Positions 28,273-37,663 of a stretch of DNA of 64,000 nucleotides are shown here, piece by piece; within the stretch, counting starts at the first letter, position 1; the number at the start of each line of letters is the position of its first letter. Below the pieces are notes generated by a model that was given only the letters and a program-made list of their open reading frames with translations, was not told the origin of the DNA and did no database searches. Where the stretch lies: IMG/VR virus record IMGVR_UViG_3300033571_022960, positions 32,001 through 96,000 of that record, one strand, 5' to 3'. The DNA comes from a virus. Made by a program: the position numbers and the translations under genes.

Positions 28273-28824
28273 ATGAATTTATCGGAAATTTTTAAAGAAA
28301 TTATAAATGAATCAAGATTAGATTATTCCTTAAAATTACTTAATTCTATTGATGAAATAGAAGGAATTAAAAAAATTGAAATAAAATTTTTCGATAATGG
28401 TGCATGTGGAATTTTTAAATTTAATGAACCTAATATAGATAAAACAATAGGTTATTATGAAATAATTGTTTCTCCAGGAAGTGTTATAGGTGAAGATATT
28501 GATATATCATTTAATTATGAATTCAAAACACCAAAAAGTAATAAACTAACTACATATACAGGGGAAATTTTAAGTAAAATATCTAAAAAACCAGGTTTTA
28601 AAGTATTATCTTGGTTTACCTTTGCACAAGGTCAAATTGCTCTTTTTAAATACTCTGATGGTAATGTTTACCAAATAATTGTTAGACCTTCTGATATGAT
28701 TGGAAGGGATTATCCTTTAGGACAATTTAAGGACTTATTCGGTAATGTCCTTAAAAAAAAAGGAAAATATGTTGATGGTGTCAGATTAAAAGATATTGAT
28801 ATATCTGACATAACCAATTTTTAA
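28273..28824 (+). CDS. hypothetical late protein, candidate internal head protein
   Basis: ATATTTAT at 28261-28268; MNLSEIFKEIINE. Confidence 0.55.
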   Translation: MNLSEIFKEIINESRLDYSLKLLNSIDEIEGIKKIEIKFFDNGACGIFKFNEPNIDKTIGYYEIIVSPGSVIGEDIDISFNYEFKTPKSNKLTTYTGEILSKISKKPGFKVLSWFTFAQGQIALFKYSDGNVYQIIVRPSDMIGRDYPLGQFKDLFGNVLKKKGKYVDGVRLKDIDISDITNF

Positions 28825-28891
28825 ATTAGTTCAGAAATGAACATTATTTTTTTTCGATTTATAAAATCGAGGTAGATAAACTTATCTAAAA

Positions 28892-29176
28892 ATGAAAGAA
28901 ACTATTGAAAAACTAAATAACGAAGGAAAACCTTTTATGGTTAAATTTACTGCAAATTGGTGTGGTGGATGTAAACAAATTCAACCTACACTTGACATTT
29001 TAAAAAATGATATTAATATTGTTGAATTCGATGTTGATAGTGATATTGATTATCCTAAATCTTTAGGAATTAGGTCAATACCAACTTTAATAATTTTTAA
29101 GGAAGGTATAGAAAAAGAAAGATTAATTGGTATTGTTAGTAAAGAACAAATTTTAGAAACATTTAATAAAAATTAA
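28892..29176 (+). CDS. trxA: thioredoxin
   Basis: FTANWCGGCK, IRSIPT. Confidence 0.9.
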   Translation: MKETIEKLNNEGKPFMVKFTANWCGGCKQIQPTLDILKNDINIVEFDVDSDIDYPKSLGIRSIPTLIIFKEGIEKERLIGIVSKEQILETFNKN

Positions 29177-29180
29177 AAAT

Positions 29181-30128
29181 ATGGAAAAAATTTTACAAGA
29201 AAATCCTAATCGTTTTGTTATGTTCCCAATTGAACATCAAGATTTATGGAAATTTTATAAAAATCATAAAGATGCCTTTTGGACTGCAGAAGAAGTAGAT
29301 TTATCAGAAGATATTAGAGATTGGGAGGAAATGAATGAAAATGAAAAGTTTTTCATTAAAAATATACTGGCATTTTTTGCGGCAAGTGATGGTATTGTTA
29401 ATGAGAATATTGCGATTAATTTTATTAATGAAGTTCAATATCCTGAAGCAAAATCATTTTATGGTTTTCAGGTTATGATGGAAAATATTCATTCTGAAAT
29501 GTATTCTCTTTTAATAGATACATATATAAAAAACCCTAAAGAAAAGTTAGAAACTTTAAGGGCATTAGAAAATTTACCACCAGTTAAGAAAAAGGCAGAA
29601 TGGGCATTAAATTGGGTTAAACACCCATCATTTGTTCATCGTTTAATTGCATTTATTGCTGTTGAGGGTATCTTCTTTTCTGGAAGTTTCTGTTCTATAT
29701 TTTGGTTAAAATCCAAAGGTAAAATGAAAGGATTGTGTGATGCTAATGCATTGATAATGAAAGATGAACATTTACATTGTGATTTTGCAATACATTTATT
29801 TAATAATCATATAGATGATAAAATATCAGAAAAAGAAATAAAAGAAATTTTATTATCTGCCCTTGAAATTGAGAAGGAGTTTATTACTGAATCATTACCA
29901 GTTTCTTTAATAGGTATGAATCAAAATCTAATGAAACAATATTTGGAATTTATAGTTGATGGTTTATTTATAAAATTAGGTTTATCTAAAGAATTTAATG
30001 TGGAACAACCATTTAAATTTATGGAACAAATTGCAATAGAAACAAAAGGTAATTTTTTTGAGGGTAGAACAGTAGAATATCAAAAAGCAAAACTAAACGA
30101 ACAAATTAAGTTCATTGATGAATTTTAA
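29181..30128 (+). CDS. nrdB: ribonucleotide reductase class Ia beta subunit
   Basis: FWTAEE, ENIHSEMY, EGIFFSGSF, KDEHLH. Confidence 0.95.
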   Translation: MEKILQENPNRFVMFPIEHQDLWKFYKNHKDAFWTAEEVDLSEDIRDWEEMNENEKFFIKNILAFFAASDGIVNENIAINFINEVQYPEAKSFYGFQVMMENIHSEMYSLLIDTYIKNPKEKLETLRALENLPPVKKKAEWALNWVKHPSFVHRLIAFIAVEGIFFSGSFCSIFWLKSKGKMKGLCDANALIMKDEHLHCDFAIHLFNNHIDDKISEKEIKEILLSALEIEKEFITESLPVSLIGMNQNLMKQYLEFIVDGLFIKLGLSKEFNVEQPFKFMEQIAIETKGNFFEGRTVEYQKAKLNEQIKFIDEF

Positions 30129-30140
30129 AAAAAAAATAAT

Positions 30141-32516
30141 ATGTTAACAATAATAAAAAGAAATGGTGAAAAAACATCATTCCATCCTAATAAAATTTAT
30201 AATAGAATAAAAAAATCATCAAAAGGTTTAAATATTAATCATGATGAAATTTTTATTAAAGTTATTACTTCTGTACCAACAGAAGGTGAAGTTACAACTA
30301 AAGAATTGGATAATTTAATATCCCAAATTTCAGCATCTTATACATCTTCTCACTATGATTATAGTAAATTTGCTGCAACAATTGCAATATCTTCTTTTCA
30401 TAAAGAAACAAGTAATTCTTTTTATGAAACTATGAAAAAATTAAATAGTGAGGGTGTTGTTAATAGTAAATTAATAGAAATAATAGAAACTTATGGTATT
30501 GAAAAAATTGATTCTTTAATAAATCATGATATGGATTATGATTTTGATTATTTTGGTTGGATTTCACTAAAAGAGATGTATTTACTAAAAACCTCTAAAG
30601 GTATTACAATTGAAAGACCACAATATATGTATATGAGAGTTGCTCTTTGGGTAACTAATTCATTAGAAGAGGCAATAGATTATTATTTTTCTTTATCAAA
30701 TAAATTAGTTTCTAAGGCAACACCTATAATGATTAATGCTGGAACAAAAATTCCACAATTAGCATCATGTGTATTAAAATATAATGAAGGTGATTCAAGG
30801 GAAGATTTACTTGCAACTTTAAAAGATATATCAGTATATTCAGCAGATGCAGCAGGTATAGGTTTATGTATGTCAAACATAAGAAGTAAAGAAAGTAAAA
30901 TTTCTACTTCTGGTGGTAATGCTGGAGGTTTATTGAAATATCTTAAAATAGTCAATGAAAGTCTTAGGTTTTTTAATCAACAAGGTCGTAGACCAGGAAG
31001 TGCTGCCATATATATTGAACCTTGGCATAAAGATATTTTTGATTTATTGGATATAAAGAAAAATACAGGAGCAGAAGAATTAAGGGCAAGAGATTTATTT
31101 ACTGCAATTTGGGTTCCAGATAATTTTCTAAGGGCAGTAGAAGAAGATGGTGATTGGTATTTATTTTGTCCTAATGATATTATTAAAAGTGGTTTAAAAC
31201 CATTACAAACAATTTATGGTGAAGAATATGAGGAAGAATATAACAAGGCAGTAAAATTAGGAATAGGTAAAAAGGTTAAAGCACAAGATATTTGGTTTAA
31301 AATTGTAGAATCACAAATAGAAACTGGTGTTCCTTATTTATTATCAAAAGATAATGTTAATAAAAAATCTAACCATAAAAATATTGGAACTATTAAACAA
31401 TCTAATCTTTGTGGAGAAATCGTACAACACACAGACGAATCATCAACTGCAATCTGCACTCTATCATCTTTAGTTTTAAAGAATTTTGTTAAAAACAAAA
31501 AATTTGATTTTAATCTATTATTATCTGAAACAAGAAAAATAGTTAGAAGTTTAAATAAAGTTATAGATATTAATTCTTATTCTACCGAAAAAGGTAAAAA
31601 AGGTGGTTTAGAACAAAGAGCAATAGGAATAGGTGTTCAAGGTCTTGCTGATACTTTCTTTTTGATGGATTATATTTTTGATTCGGAAGAGTCGAAAATA
31701 TTAAATAAAGAAATATTTGAAACAATTTATTATGCATCTATATTAGAATCAATGAATTTATGTAAAGAAGGTAATTATAAACCATATAAATTTTTTAAGG
31801 GTTCACCATTTAGTGAAGGAATTTTCCAATTCGATATGTGGGGATTGAAAAAAGAAGATTTATCTGGTATGTATGATTGGGATTCTTTAAAAGAACAAGT
31901 TAAAAAATATGGTGTATGTAATAGTTTACTAACTGCAATAATGCCTGTAGCAAGTTCTGCGAAGGTAACTGGAAGTTATGAAATGGTTGAACCTGCACAT
32001 TCAGCAATTTTTAATAGAAGGGTTGTTGGCGGAGAAATAACAATTATAAACAAATACCTAATTGATGATTTAACTGAAATAGGATTATGGAATGAAACTT
32101 TAAAAAATGAACTTATTTTAAAAGAAGGTTCTATACAAAATGTTGATTTTTTAAAATATCTTGATAAAGAAGATAAAAAATATGAAAATAAAGTTAAACG
32201 TATAGAATATCTAATAAAAAAATATAGAACTGTGTGGGAAATCCCTCAAAAAGAGATTATTAATTTGGCGTCAGATAGGGCACCTTTTATTGACCAAACA
32301 CAATCAATGAATTTATATATGTCAAACCCAAGTGTTTCTAAATTAACATCTGCAATATTCTATGGATGGAAAAAAGGACTTAAAACCTTAAATTATTATT
32401 TAAGGACAAAGGCAATATCAACTGGGGCAAAACATTTGGCAATAGAAGTTACTAAGACTGAAACCAATCAAAAACCAGAAGATTCTCCTTTTGATTGTGT
32501 TGGTTGTTCAGCATAA
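30141..32516 (+). CDS. nrdA: ribonucleotide reductase class Ia alpha subunit with ATP cone
   Basis: IKRNG ATP cone, QLASC, QSNLCGEI, AIMPVASS, KTLNYYLR. Confidence 0.95.
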   Translation: MLTIIKRNGEKTSFHPNKIYNRIKKSSKGLNINHDEIFIKVITSVPTEGEVTTKELDNLISQISASYTSSHYDYSKFAATIAISSFHKETSNSFYETMKKLNSEGVVNSKLIEIIETYGIEKIDSLINHDMDYDFDYFGWISLKEMYLLKTSKGITIERPQYMYMRVALWVTNSLEEAIDYYFSLSNKLVSKATPIMINAGTKIPQLASCVLKYNEGDSREDLLATLKDISVYSADAAGIGLCMSNIRSKESKISTSGGNAGGLLKYLKIVNESLRFFNQQGRRPGSAAIYIEPWHKDIFDLLDIKKNTGAEELRARDLFTAIWVPDNFLRAVEEDGDWYLFCPNDIIKSGLKPLQTIYGEEYEEEYNKAVKLGIGKKVKAQDIWFKIVESQIETGVPYLLSKDNVNKKSNHKNIGTIKQSNLCGEIVQHTDESSTAICTLSSLVLKNFVKNKKFDFNLLLSETRKIVRSLNKVIDINSYSTEKGKKGGLEQRAIGIGVQGLADTFFLMDYIFDSEESKILNKEIFETIYYASILESMNLCKEGNYKPYKFFKGSPFSEGIFQFDMWGLKKEDLSGMYDWDSLKEQVKKYGVCNSLLTAIMPVASSAKVTGSYEMVEPAHSAIFNRRVVGGEITIINKYLIDDLTEIGLWNETLKNELILKEGSIQNVDFLKYLDKEDKKYENKVKRIEYLIKKYRTVWEIPQKEIINLASDRAPFIDQTQSMNLYMSNPSVSKLTSAIFYGWKKGLKTLNYYLRTKAISTGAKHLAIEVTKTETNQKPEDSPFDCVGCSA

Positions 32517-32533
32517 TTCAAAAACTAATTTAC

Positions 32534-32577
32534 TTTATCCCAGAAATTATTATATTTTTTCTGGGATAAACTTTTTT
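32534..32577 (+). terminator. intrinsic terminator after nrdA
   Basis: 13-bp stem TTTATCCCAGAAA/TTTCTGGGATAAA followed by CTTTTTT. Confidence 0.65.
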
Positions 32578-33294
32578 ATGAAAATACTACACATATCAGA
32601 CACACATGGATTTCATGAACAATTAACTGATAAATGGAATTGGGAAGAAATTGATTTGGTTATTCATTCAGGTGATGAATCAAATTCAATCGTTCCTGAA
32701 ATTAATTTCCATGAATCATTGAATTTTTTTAGTTGGTTTAAAGATTTACCTGTTAAAAACAAAATATTTATTGCAGGAAATCACTCAACTGCAATTGAAA
32801 AAAGACTAATTACTCCAGCAGATATTTTTTCTTATGGAATCATATATTTGGAAAATTCTTTAACCGAAGTTAATGGGATTAAAATATATGGTTCACCATA
32901 TACACCCACATTTGGTAATTGGTCTTTTATGAGAGCAAGACATAAATTGGATAAGTTATGGTCACAAATACCTGAAAATACTGATATTTTGGTTGTACAT
33001 GGTCCAGCAAAGGGTGTATTGGATTTATCTTGGTCTAAAGATGGTTATTTAGAATATTGTGGTTGTAAATCACTTTTTAATCATGTAAATAAAATTAAAC
33101 CAAAAATATTCCAATTTGGTCATATTCATGATGGTGAGGAAATTTATAATTATGGTTGTAAAAAACATAATGAAACTTTATTTATAAATTCTACACTTGT
33201 TAAAGATGGTCATTTTAATAAAGGATTAATACATTATGGTGTTTTAACAGAAATTGATGAAAATAAAAATGTAAAAATTTATGAAATTAAATAA
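32578..33294 (+). CDS. calcineurin-like metallophosphoesterase
   Basis: HISDTH, HSGD, AGNH, HGP, GHIH. Confidence 0.9.
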   Translation: MKILHISDTHGFHEQLTDKWNWEEIDLVIHSGDESNSIVPEINFHESLNFFSWFKDLPVKNKIFIAGNHSTAIEKRLITPADIFSYGIIYLENSLTEVNGIKIYGSPYTPTFGNWSFMRARHKLDKLWSQIPENTDILVVHGPAKGVLDLSWSKDGYLEYCGCKSLFNHVNKIKPKIFQFGHIHDGEEIYNYGCKKHNETLFINSTLVKDGHFNKGLIHYGVLTEIDENKNVKIYEIK

Positions 33295-33643
33295 AACCTT
33301 TAAAAACATTAAAAGGTGGAATGAAACAAAAATTAAACCTCTAACTTATATTAATTTTTACATAAATGAAAATTCCTTATATCAACAAGAATATTATAAA
33401 ATATTATGGTCTAACGATGATGTAATATTAATAAATCAGGGTTTTTATAGTTATTTGATGAGTTTAAAACAATGGAAAGGAACAAAAACAGGTAATTATA
33501 GATTTTGCAAATTTGATAAAATTAAATATATTATGTTTAATAATAAACACAATTTAGAAAATATAAAAGTTGGTGACTATGAAATAGATGATACACTTTT
33601 AGAAAAAATAAGAGAAGAAATTCACAAACCATATTATTTATGA
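33281..33643 (+). CDS. MxLxKT-family small protein (divergent)
   Basis: MKLNKTFKNIKR..YIN. Confidence 0.5.
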   Translation: MKLNKTFKNIKRWNETKIKPLTYINFYINENSLYQQEYYKILWSNDDVILINQGFYSYLMSLKQWKGTKTGNYRFCKFDKIKYIMFNNKHNLENIKVGDYEIDDTLLEKIREEIHKPYYL

Positions 33644-33861
33644 AATGTTATATTAATAATTATGAAAAATTTTTAAATAATTATAATTTTAAATCTAATG
33701 AATATTTAAATTTTAAAAAATTATGGTTAGAAAAAAATAATAAAATTTTTAATGAATTATATTCTGATATGATGAAAAATGGAAGAAACAGTTTTGATAA
33801 AAATTTAGAAATAGAAGAAATAATAAAAGAAACATTTTACTTAAAAAAATATTATGAATAA
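33640..33861 (+). CDS. hypothetical protein
   Basis: 73 aa, coupled to neighbours. Confidence 0.5.
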   Translation: MKCYINNYEKFLNNYNFKSNEYLNFKKLWLEKNNKIFNELYSDMMKNGRNSFDKNLEIEEIIKETFYLKKYYE

Positions 33862-34696
33862 GTCAGATTTATACTTTCAACAAAACCTAAAAAAAATATT
33901 GGATGAAGGTTGTTGGGATGAAAATCCAAGACCAAAATATAAAGATGGGGAACCTGCAAAATCTAAATATATAACTTGTGTTTATGAAGAATATGATTTT
34001 TCTAAGGGTGAGTATCCTATAACAACCTTACGTAATACCCCAATTAAAACTGGAATTAAAGAAATTTTTTGGATTTATCAAAAACAAACTTCTTCTTTGG
34101 AGGTTGCAGAAGAATTAGGTATTAATTGGTGGGATGAATGGAATATTGGTGATAATACAATTGGTATTCGTTATGGTGAAACTGTAAGAAAATATGATTT
34201 AATGAATAAACTTCTTATTGGTTTGGAAAAAGAACCTTTTTCAAGGAGACATATAATAAATTTATATCAATATTCTGATTTGGAAACTCCTGGTTTATAT
34301 CCTTGTGCATTTGAAACACTTTGGTCTGTTAGAAAAAAAGAAGGGGTTTATTATTTGGATTTAACTTTGATTCAAAGAAGTTCTGACTATTTGGTTGCGA
34401 ATTACATAAATAAAAACCAATATTTTTCATTACAAATGATGATTATTGGTCATTTAAGACATATAACAGGATTAAATTATCATTTAGGTAAATTTAATCA
34501 TTATGTCAATAATCTTCATGTTTATGATAGACATTTGAAATATATTGAAGAATTATTAAGTAGAGAAAGTTCAGAACAACCAAAAATAATTTTAAAAGAA
34601 AATAAAAACTTTTATGATTATAATTTGGGTGATTTTGATTTAATTGGTTTTGATAAAATTAAACCTTTAAGTGGTAAACTTGAACTTGCAATATAA
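33854..34696 (+). CDS. thyA: thymidylate synthase
   Basis: YPITTLR, SRRHII, LYPCAF, QRSSD, NLHVYDRH. Confidence 0.92.
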   Translation: MNKSDLYFQQNLKKILDEGCWDENPRPKYKDGEPAKSKYITCVYEEYDFSKGEYPITTLRNTPIKTGIKEIFWIYQKQTSSLEVAEELGINWWDEWNIGDNTIGIRYGETVRKYDLMNKLLIGLEKEPFSRRHIINLYQYSDLETPGLYPCAFETLWSVRKKEGVYYLDLTLIQRSSDYLVANYINKNQYFSLQMMIIGHLRHITGLNYHLGKFNHYVNNLHVYDRHLKYIEELLSRESSEQPKIILKENKNFYDYNLGDFDLIGFDKIKPLSGKLELAI

Positions 34697-34699
34697 TAT

Positions 34700-35509
34700 A
34701 TGGATATTATTAAAGAATATAAAAAGTTTTGTGAAGAAAATGGTATTGAATTTAATATAGAAAATAAGGTTAATCCTTATGATGATACCACTCTATTTTG
34801 TCCTGCTGGTATGCAAAAATATAAAAAAGAATTTAAAAATTGTGAATATAAAAATACAATTGCAAATGTTCAGTCATGTATAAGAATGAATGATTTTGAT
34901 GAAATTGGTGATGAAACTCATTTATTATATTTTAATATGATTGGTTTATTTTCATTTAGACAGATGACTATTGAAAATGCAATAGATTTTTTGGTTAATT
35001 TTTTAATAAGATTAAATATAAAACCCCATTATGTGACAATTCACTCCGATAAAAAAGAATGGTTAAATTATTATAAAAAATATAATATTGATGTAAGGTA
35101 TGATGATGAAAATTGTAAATGGTCTGATGGTGATATTGGTGGATATTGTACTGAATTTTTTATAAATAACATTGAAATAGGTAACATTGTTAATCCACTT
35201 GATAATTGTATTGACGTTGGTTTCGGATTGGAAAGATTGGAAATGATTGTTAATAATAAAAAAATTAATAAAATTGATTCATTAAAGGACTGTGCATTAA
35301 AAATAATAGAAAGTGGTTATAAACCATCAAACCTAAAACAAGGTTATGTATTAAGAAAAATATTAAGAGAAATTTATAAATTAGGTGGTAATTTAGAACA
35401 TCATTTTTTTATTGAAGAAATTGAAAGACAAGAAAAAATAATTGCAAAATATAATAAAATAAAGAATAAATACCAAAACAAATCAAAAGAATGGTGGTTT
35501 GATACATGA
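34700..35509 (+). CDS. truncated alanyl-tRNA synthetase-like protein (catalytic core only)
   Basis: DTTLFCPAGMQ, QSCIRMND..IGDETH..FNMIGLFSF, GYCTEF, DVGFGLERL, GYVLRKILR; 269 aa. Confidence 0.8.
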   Translation: MDIIKEYKKFCEENGIEFNIENKVNPYDDTTLFCPAGMQKYKKEFKNCEYKNTIANVQSCIRMNDFDEIGDETHLLYFNMIGLFSFRQMTIENAIDFLVNFLIRLNIKPHYVTIHSDKKEWLNYYKKYNIDVRYDDENCKWSDGDIGGYCTEFFINNIEIGNIVNPLDNCIDVGFGLERLEMIVNNKKINKIDSLKDCALKIIESGYKPSNLKQGYVLRKILREIYKLGGNLEHHFFIEEIERQEKIIAKYNKIKNKYQNKSKEWWFDT

Positions 35510-35511
35510 AA

Positions 35512-35543
35512 TTTGATTTTCTAAAAAAAATTTATTAAATTAT
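35512..35543 (+). promoter_or_regulatory. Bacteroidota-type promoter-like site
   Basis: TTTG-N20-TAAATTAT overlapping the ATG at 35542. Confidence 0.4.
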
Positions 35544-35775
35544 GAAAATAGAAATTGACAATACAAATATTAATTTAATTCCCTTTAAATTTAATAATAA
35601 TCATTTTGGTGATGCAGTTTTGGATGTTGATGGGTTTTATTATTTTGTTTTTAAAGATAAAGGTGGTTATTGGTCAGAATATTCATTAAAATTAATTTCA
35701 GAAAAATTAACCGAACTAAATAAAGGTTGGAATGATTATATAAAAGAAAATTATAAAAATGATAATAAAAACTGA
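35542..35775 (+). CDS. hypothetical protein
   Basis: 77 aa; DVDGFYYF..GYWSEY. Confidence 0.55.
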   Translation: MKIEIDNTNINLIPFKFNNNHFGDAVLDVDGFYYFVFKDKGGYWSEYSLKLISEKLTELNKGWNDYIKENYKNDNKN

Positions 35776-35944
35776 TTTCATAATAAATTATGATGAAATA
35801 ATTTCCTTAATAAAGGAAAAACACAAATTTTTAAAAAATTGTGAAGATATAGAAATATCAATTGAGGAAGAGGGTGATTATGATAAAGGAAATCATAAAA
35901 TAAAATTAATAGATATAACATTTAAAACTGAAAAAAATGTATAA
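35759..35944 (+). CDS. hypothetical protein
   Basis: 61 aa, overlapping neighbours. Confidence 0.5.
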   Translation: MIIKTDFIINYDEIISLIKEKHKFLKNCEDIEISIEEEGDYDKGNHKIKLIDITFKTEKNV

Positions 35945-36350
35945 AACTTATTTTTTACCAATTACAAAAAACAAAAGTATTGAAATTGAATTTGATGGAA
36001 CAAATAATCATTATTTTTTTGATTTATCATTTTCATTTACAAGAAAAACTGACCATGCAGGTTTTTATTTTATTTTAACAATTTTTAAATATTGTTTAAG
36101 ATTATCAATATATGATAATCGGCATTGGAATTGGGAAGAAAATCGTTGGTATAAACCTGGTGAGGAATATAATGAATGGTTAAAAGAATTGGAAGATTTG
36201 GACAACAGATTTGCAAATCTCCAATTGGAAAAGTGTGATAATGGTGATGATGAAATACATAAATTTTATTTAAAACAATTCCAAAAACTAAAATCTGATT
36301 TGGATTTATATAAAGAAATTTTAAACGATATTAAAAATAAAACAAAATGA
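35937..36350 (+). CDS. hypothetical protein
   Basis: 137 aa. Confidence 0.55.
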   Translation: MYKTYFLPITKNKSIEIEFDGTNNHYFFDLSFSFTRKTDHAGFYFILTIFKYCLRLSIYDNRHWNWEENRWYKPGEEYNEWLKELEDLDNRFANLQLEKCDNGDDEIHKFYLKQFQKLKSDLDLYKEILNDIKNKTK

Positions 36351-36517
36351 ATCAACTACTAAAAGAAATTAATGAAGGTTTGAAAAAATCTAATCCTCTT
36401 GTTAAAGATAATTTTATCACATTTCAACATGAAGGTAATGAATATCATATATATAAAAATCGCCTGCTTTTTTCAATTTTCTGCGCATTAACGGCAATAT
36501 TCATTATTTGGAAATAA
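36347..36517 (+). CDS. small ORF (56 aa, not in the track), possibly a fusion at a deletion junction
   Basis: MNQLLKEINE..IIWK; its 3' end overlaps the broken methyltransferase. Confidence 0.35.
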   Translation: MNQLLKEINEGLKKSNPLVKDNFITFQHEGNEYHIYKNRLLFSIFCALTAIFIIWK

Positions 36518-37076
36518 TTGGGAAAAAAAAGTTATTTTGTTTGATAAATATGAAAAAGTTTATTTAACTTGGAAATATTTAATTGAATCTTCAATTGAAG
36601 ATATTAATCGTTTACCTGATTTAGTTGAGGGATTAAATCTTGATACAATTAATATATCACCAGAAGAAAAATCTTTATTGGGGTTTTATGCAAATCCTGC
36701 AAGTGCAGTACCAAAGAAAACTGTAACAAAAAGGGGTGAAAAATCTTGGTCAAGACATAAGAAATTTTTATTGGATAATATTCATAAAATAAAACATTGG
36801 AAAATTTATAATGATGTTTATCAGAACATCCCAAATGAAATTGCAACATACTACATTGACCCACCTTATCAATTTGGTGGTCAATACTATCATAGTTCAT
36901 CATCAAATAAATTAATTAATTATGATGAATTAAGGGATTGGTCTTTATCAAGAAAAGGTGAAATAATAGTTTGTGAAAATAGTAAGGCAAATTGGATGGA
37001 TTTTAAACCTTTGGTTGAGTTAAAAGGACAATTGTATACAACAATGGAAGTAATTTTTTATCAGGAAAATAAATAA
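36492..37076 (+). pseudogene. 5'-truncated Dam-like adenine methyltransferase
   Basis: Frame opens after a TAA at ..QYSLFGNNWEKKVILFDKY; has YIDPPY but lacks the SYxGxK and EPFxG motifs and an ATG start. Confidence 0.65.
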
Positions 37077-37077
37077 A

Positions 37078-37362
37078 ATGACAATCAGAGAAAAACTTTT
37101 AGAAAGAATTGAACAGAGAGTACTTTTTCATGATGAATTTCATTATATGATGGGACATGGATGGTGTGCTCAAGAACAAGAAGAAATTGTTAAGGATGTT
37201 GCAATAGAATTTAGTTGGTGGTTAGATACGTCAAAAACTGCATCAGATTACCTTAGAAAAAATAGAATAGATATTCAAATGGATAATTCTCATGTGGAAA
37301 AACAAAAAGAACAAAGAAAAGAACTTTTTAAACTTTTTAAGGAAGAATATGAAAGAAATTAA
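37078..37362 (+). CDS. hypothetical protein
   Basis: 94 aa. Confidence 0.55.
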   Translation: MTIREKLLERIEQRVLFHDEFHYMMGHGWCAQEQEEIVKDVAIEFSWWLDTSKTASDYLRKNRIDIQMDNSHVEKQKEQRKELFKLFKEEYERN

Positions 37363-37366
37363 TAAA

Positions 37367-37630
37367 TCAAAATTTATTAACCTCCACAATACAATTACCA
37401 CTACCTTTTATTAATCTGTGCCACCTATGTCTATGAATAAAGATTTTTTCGTTCAAAGATTTCGGTAATTCATTATCCAATTGTATCATCCAATCAGTTT
37501 CTTTAACTGAAATTATTTCTCTATCCTCATCATCCTGATGCCATTCCAATTCATCAGGATTAACATTTTGGTTAAACTCCCTTATTAGTTTATTTTCTTT
37601 TTTTGTTTCTTTAAATGGATATTTCATCAT
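37367..37630 (-). CDS. small cupin-like phage protein
   Basis: ELEWHQDDEDR..DWMIQLDNELP..WHRLIKG. Confidence 0.6.
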   Translation of the reverse strand: MMKYPFKETKKENKLIREFNQNVNPDELEWHQDDEDREIISVKETDWMIQLDNELPKSLNEKIFIHRHRWHRLIKGSGNCIVEVNKF

Positions 37631-37663
37631 AAGTAAATATTTATCTTAAAAGAAAAAATATTT

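Noticed and set aside
13680-32516. Inteins or introns in polB, recA, the helicase or nrdA/nrdB
   Set aside because: Lengths and motif spacing are normal, and there are no C..HN splice motifs or interruptions.
36482-36500. GCATTAAC-GGCAA as another attC-like left end at the broken methyltransferase
   Set aside because: No partner arm or TT-GTT right end lies nearby, and the conserved NTG spacer is absent.
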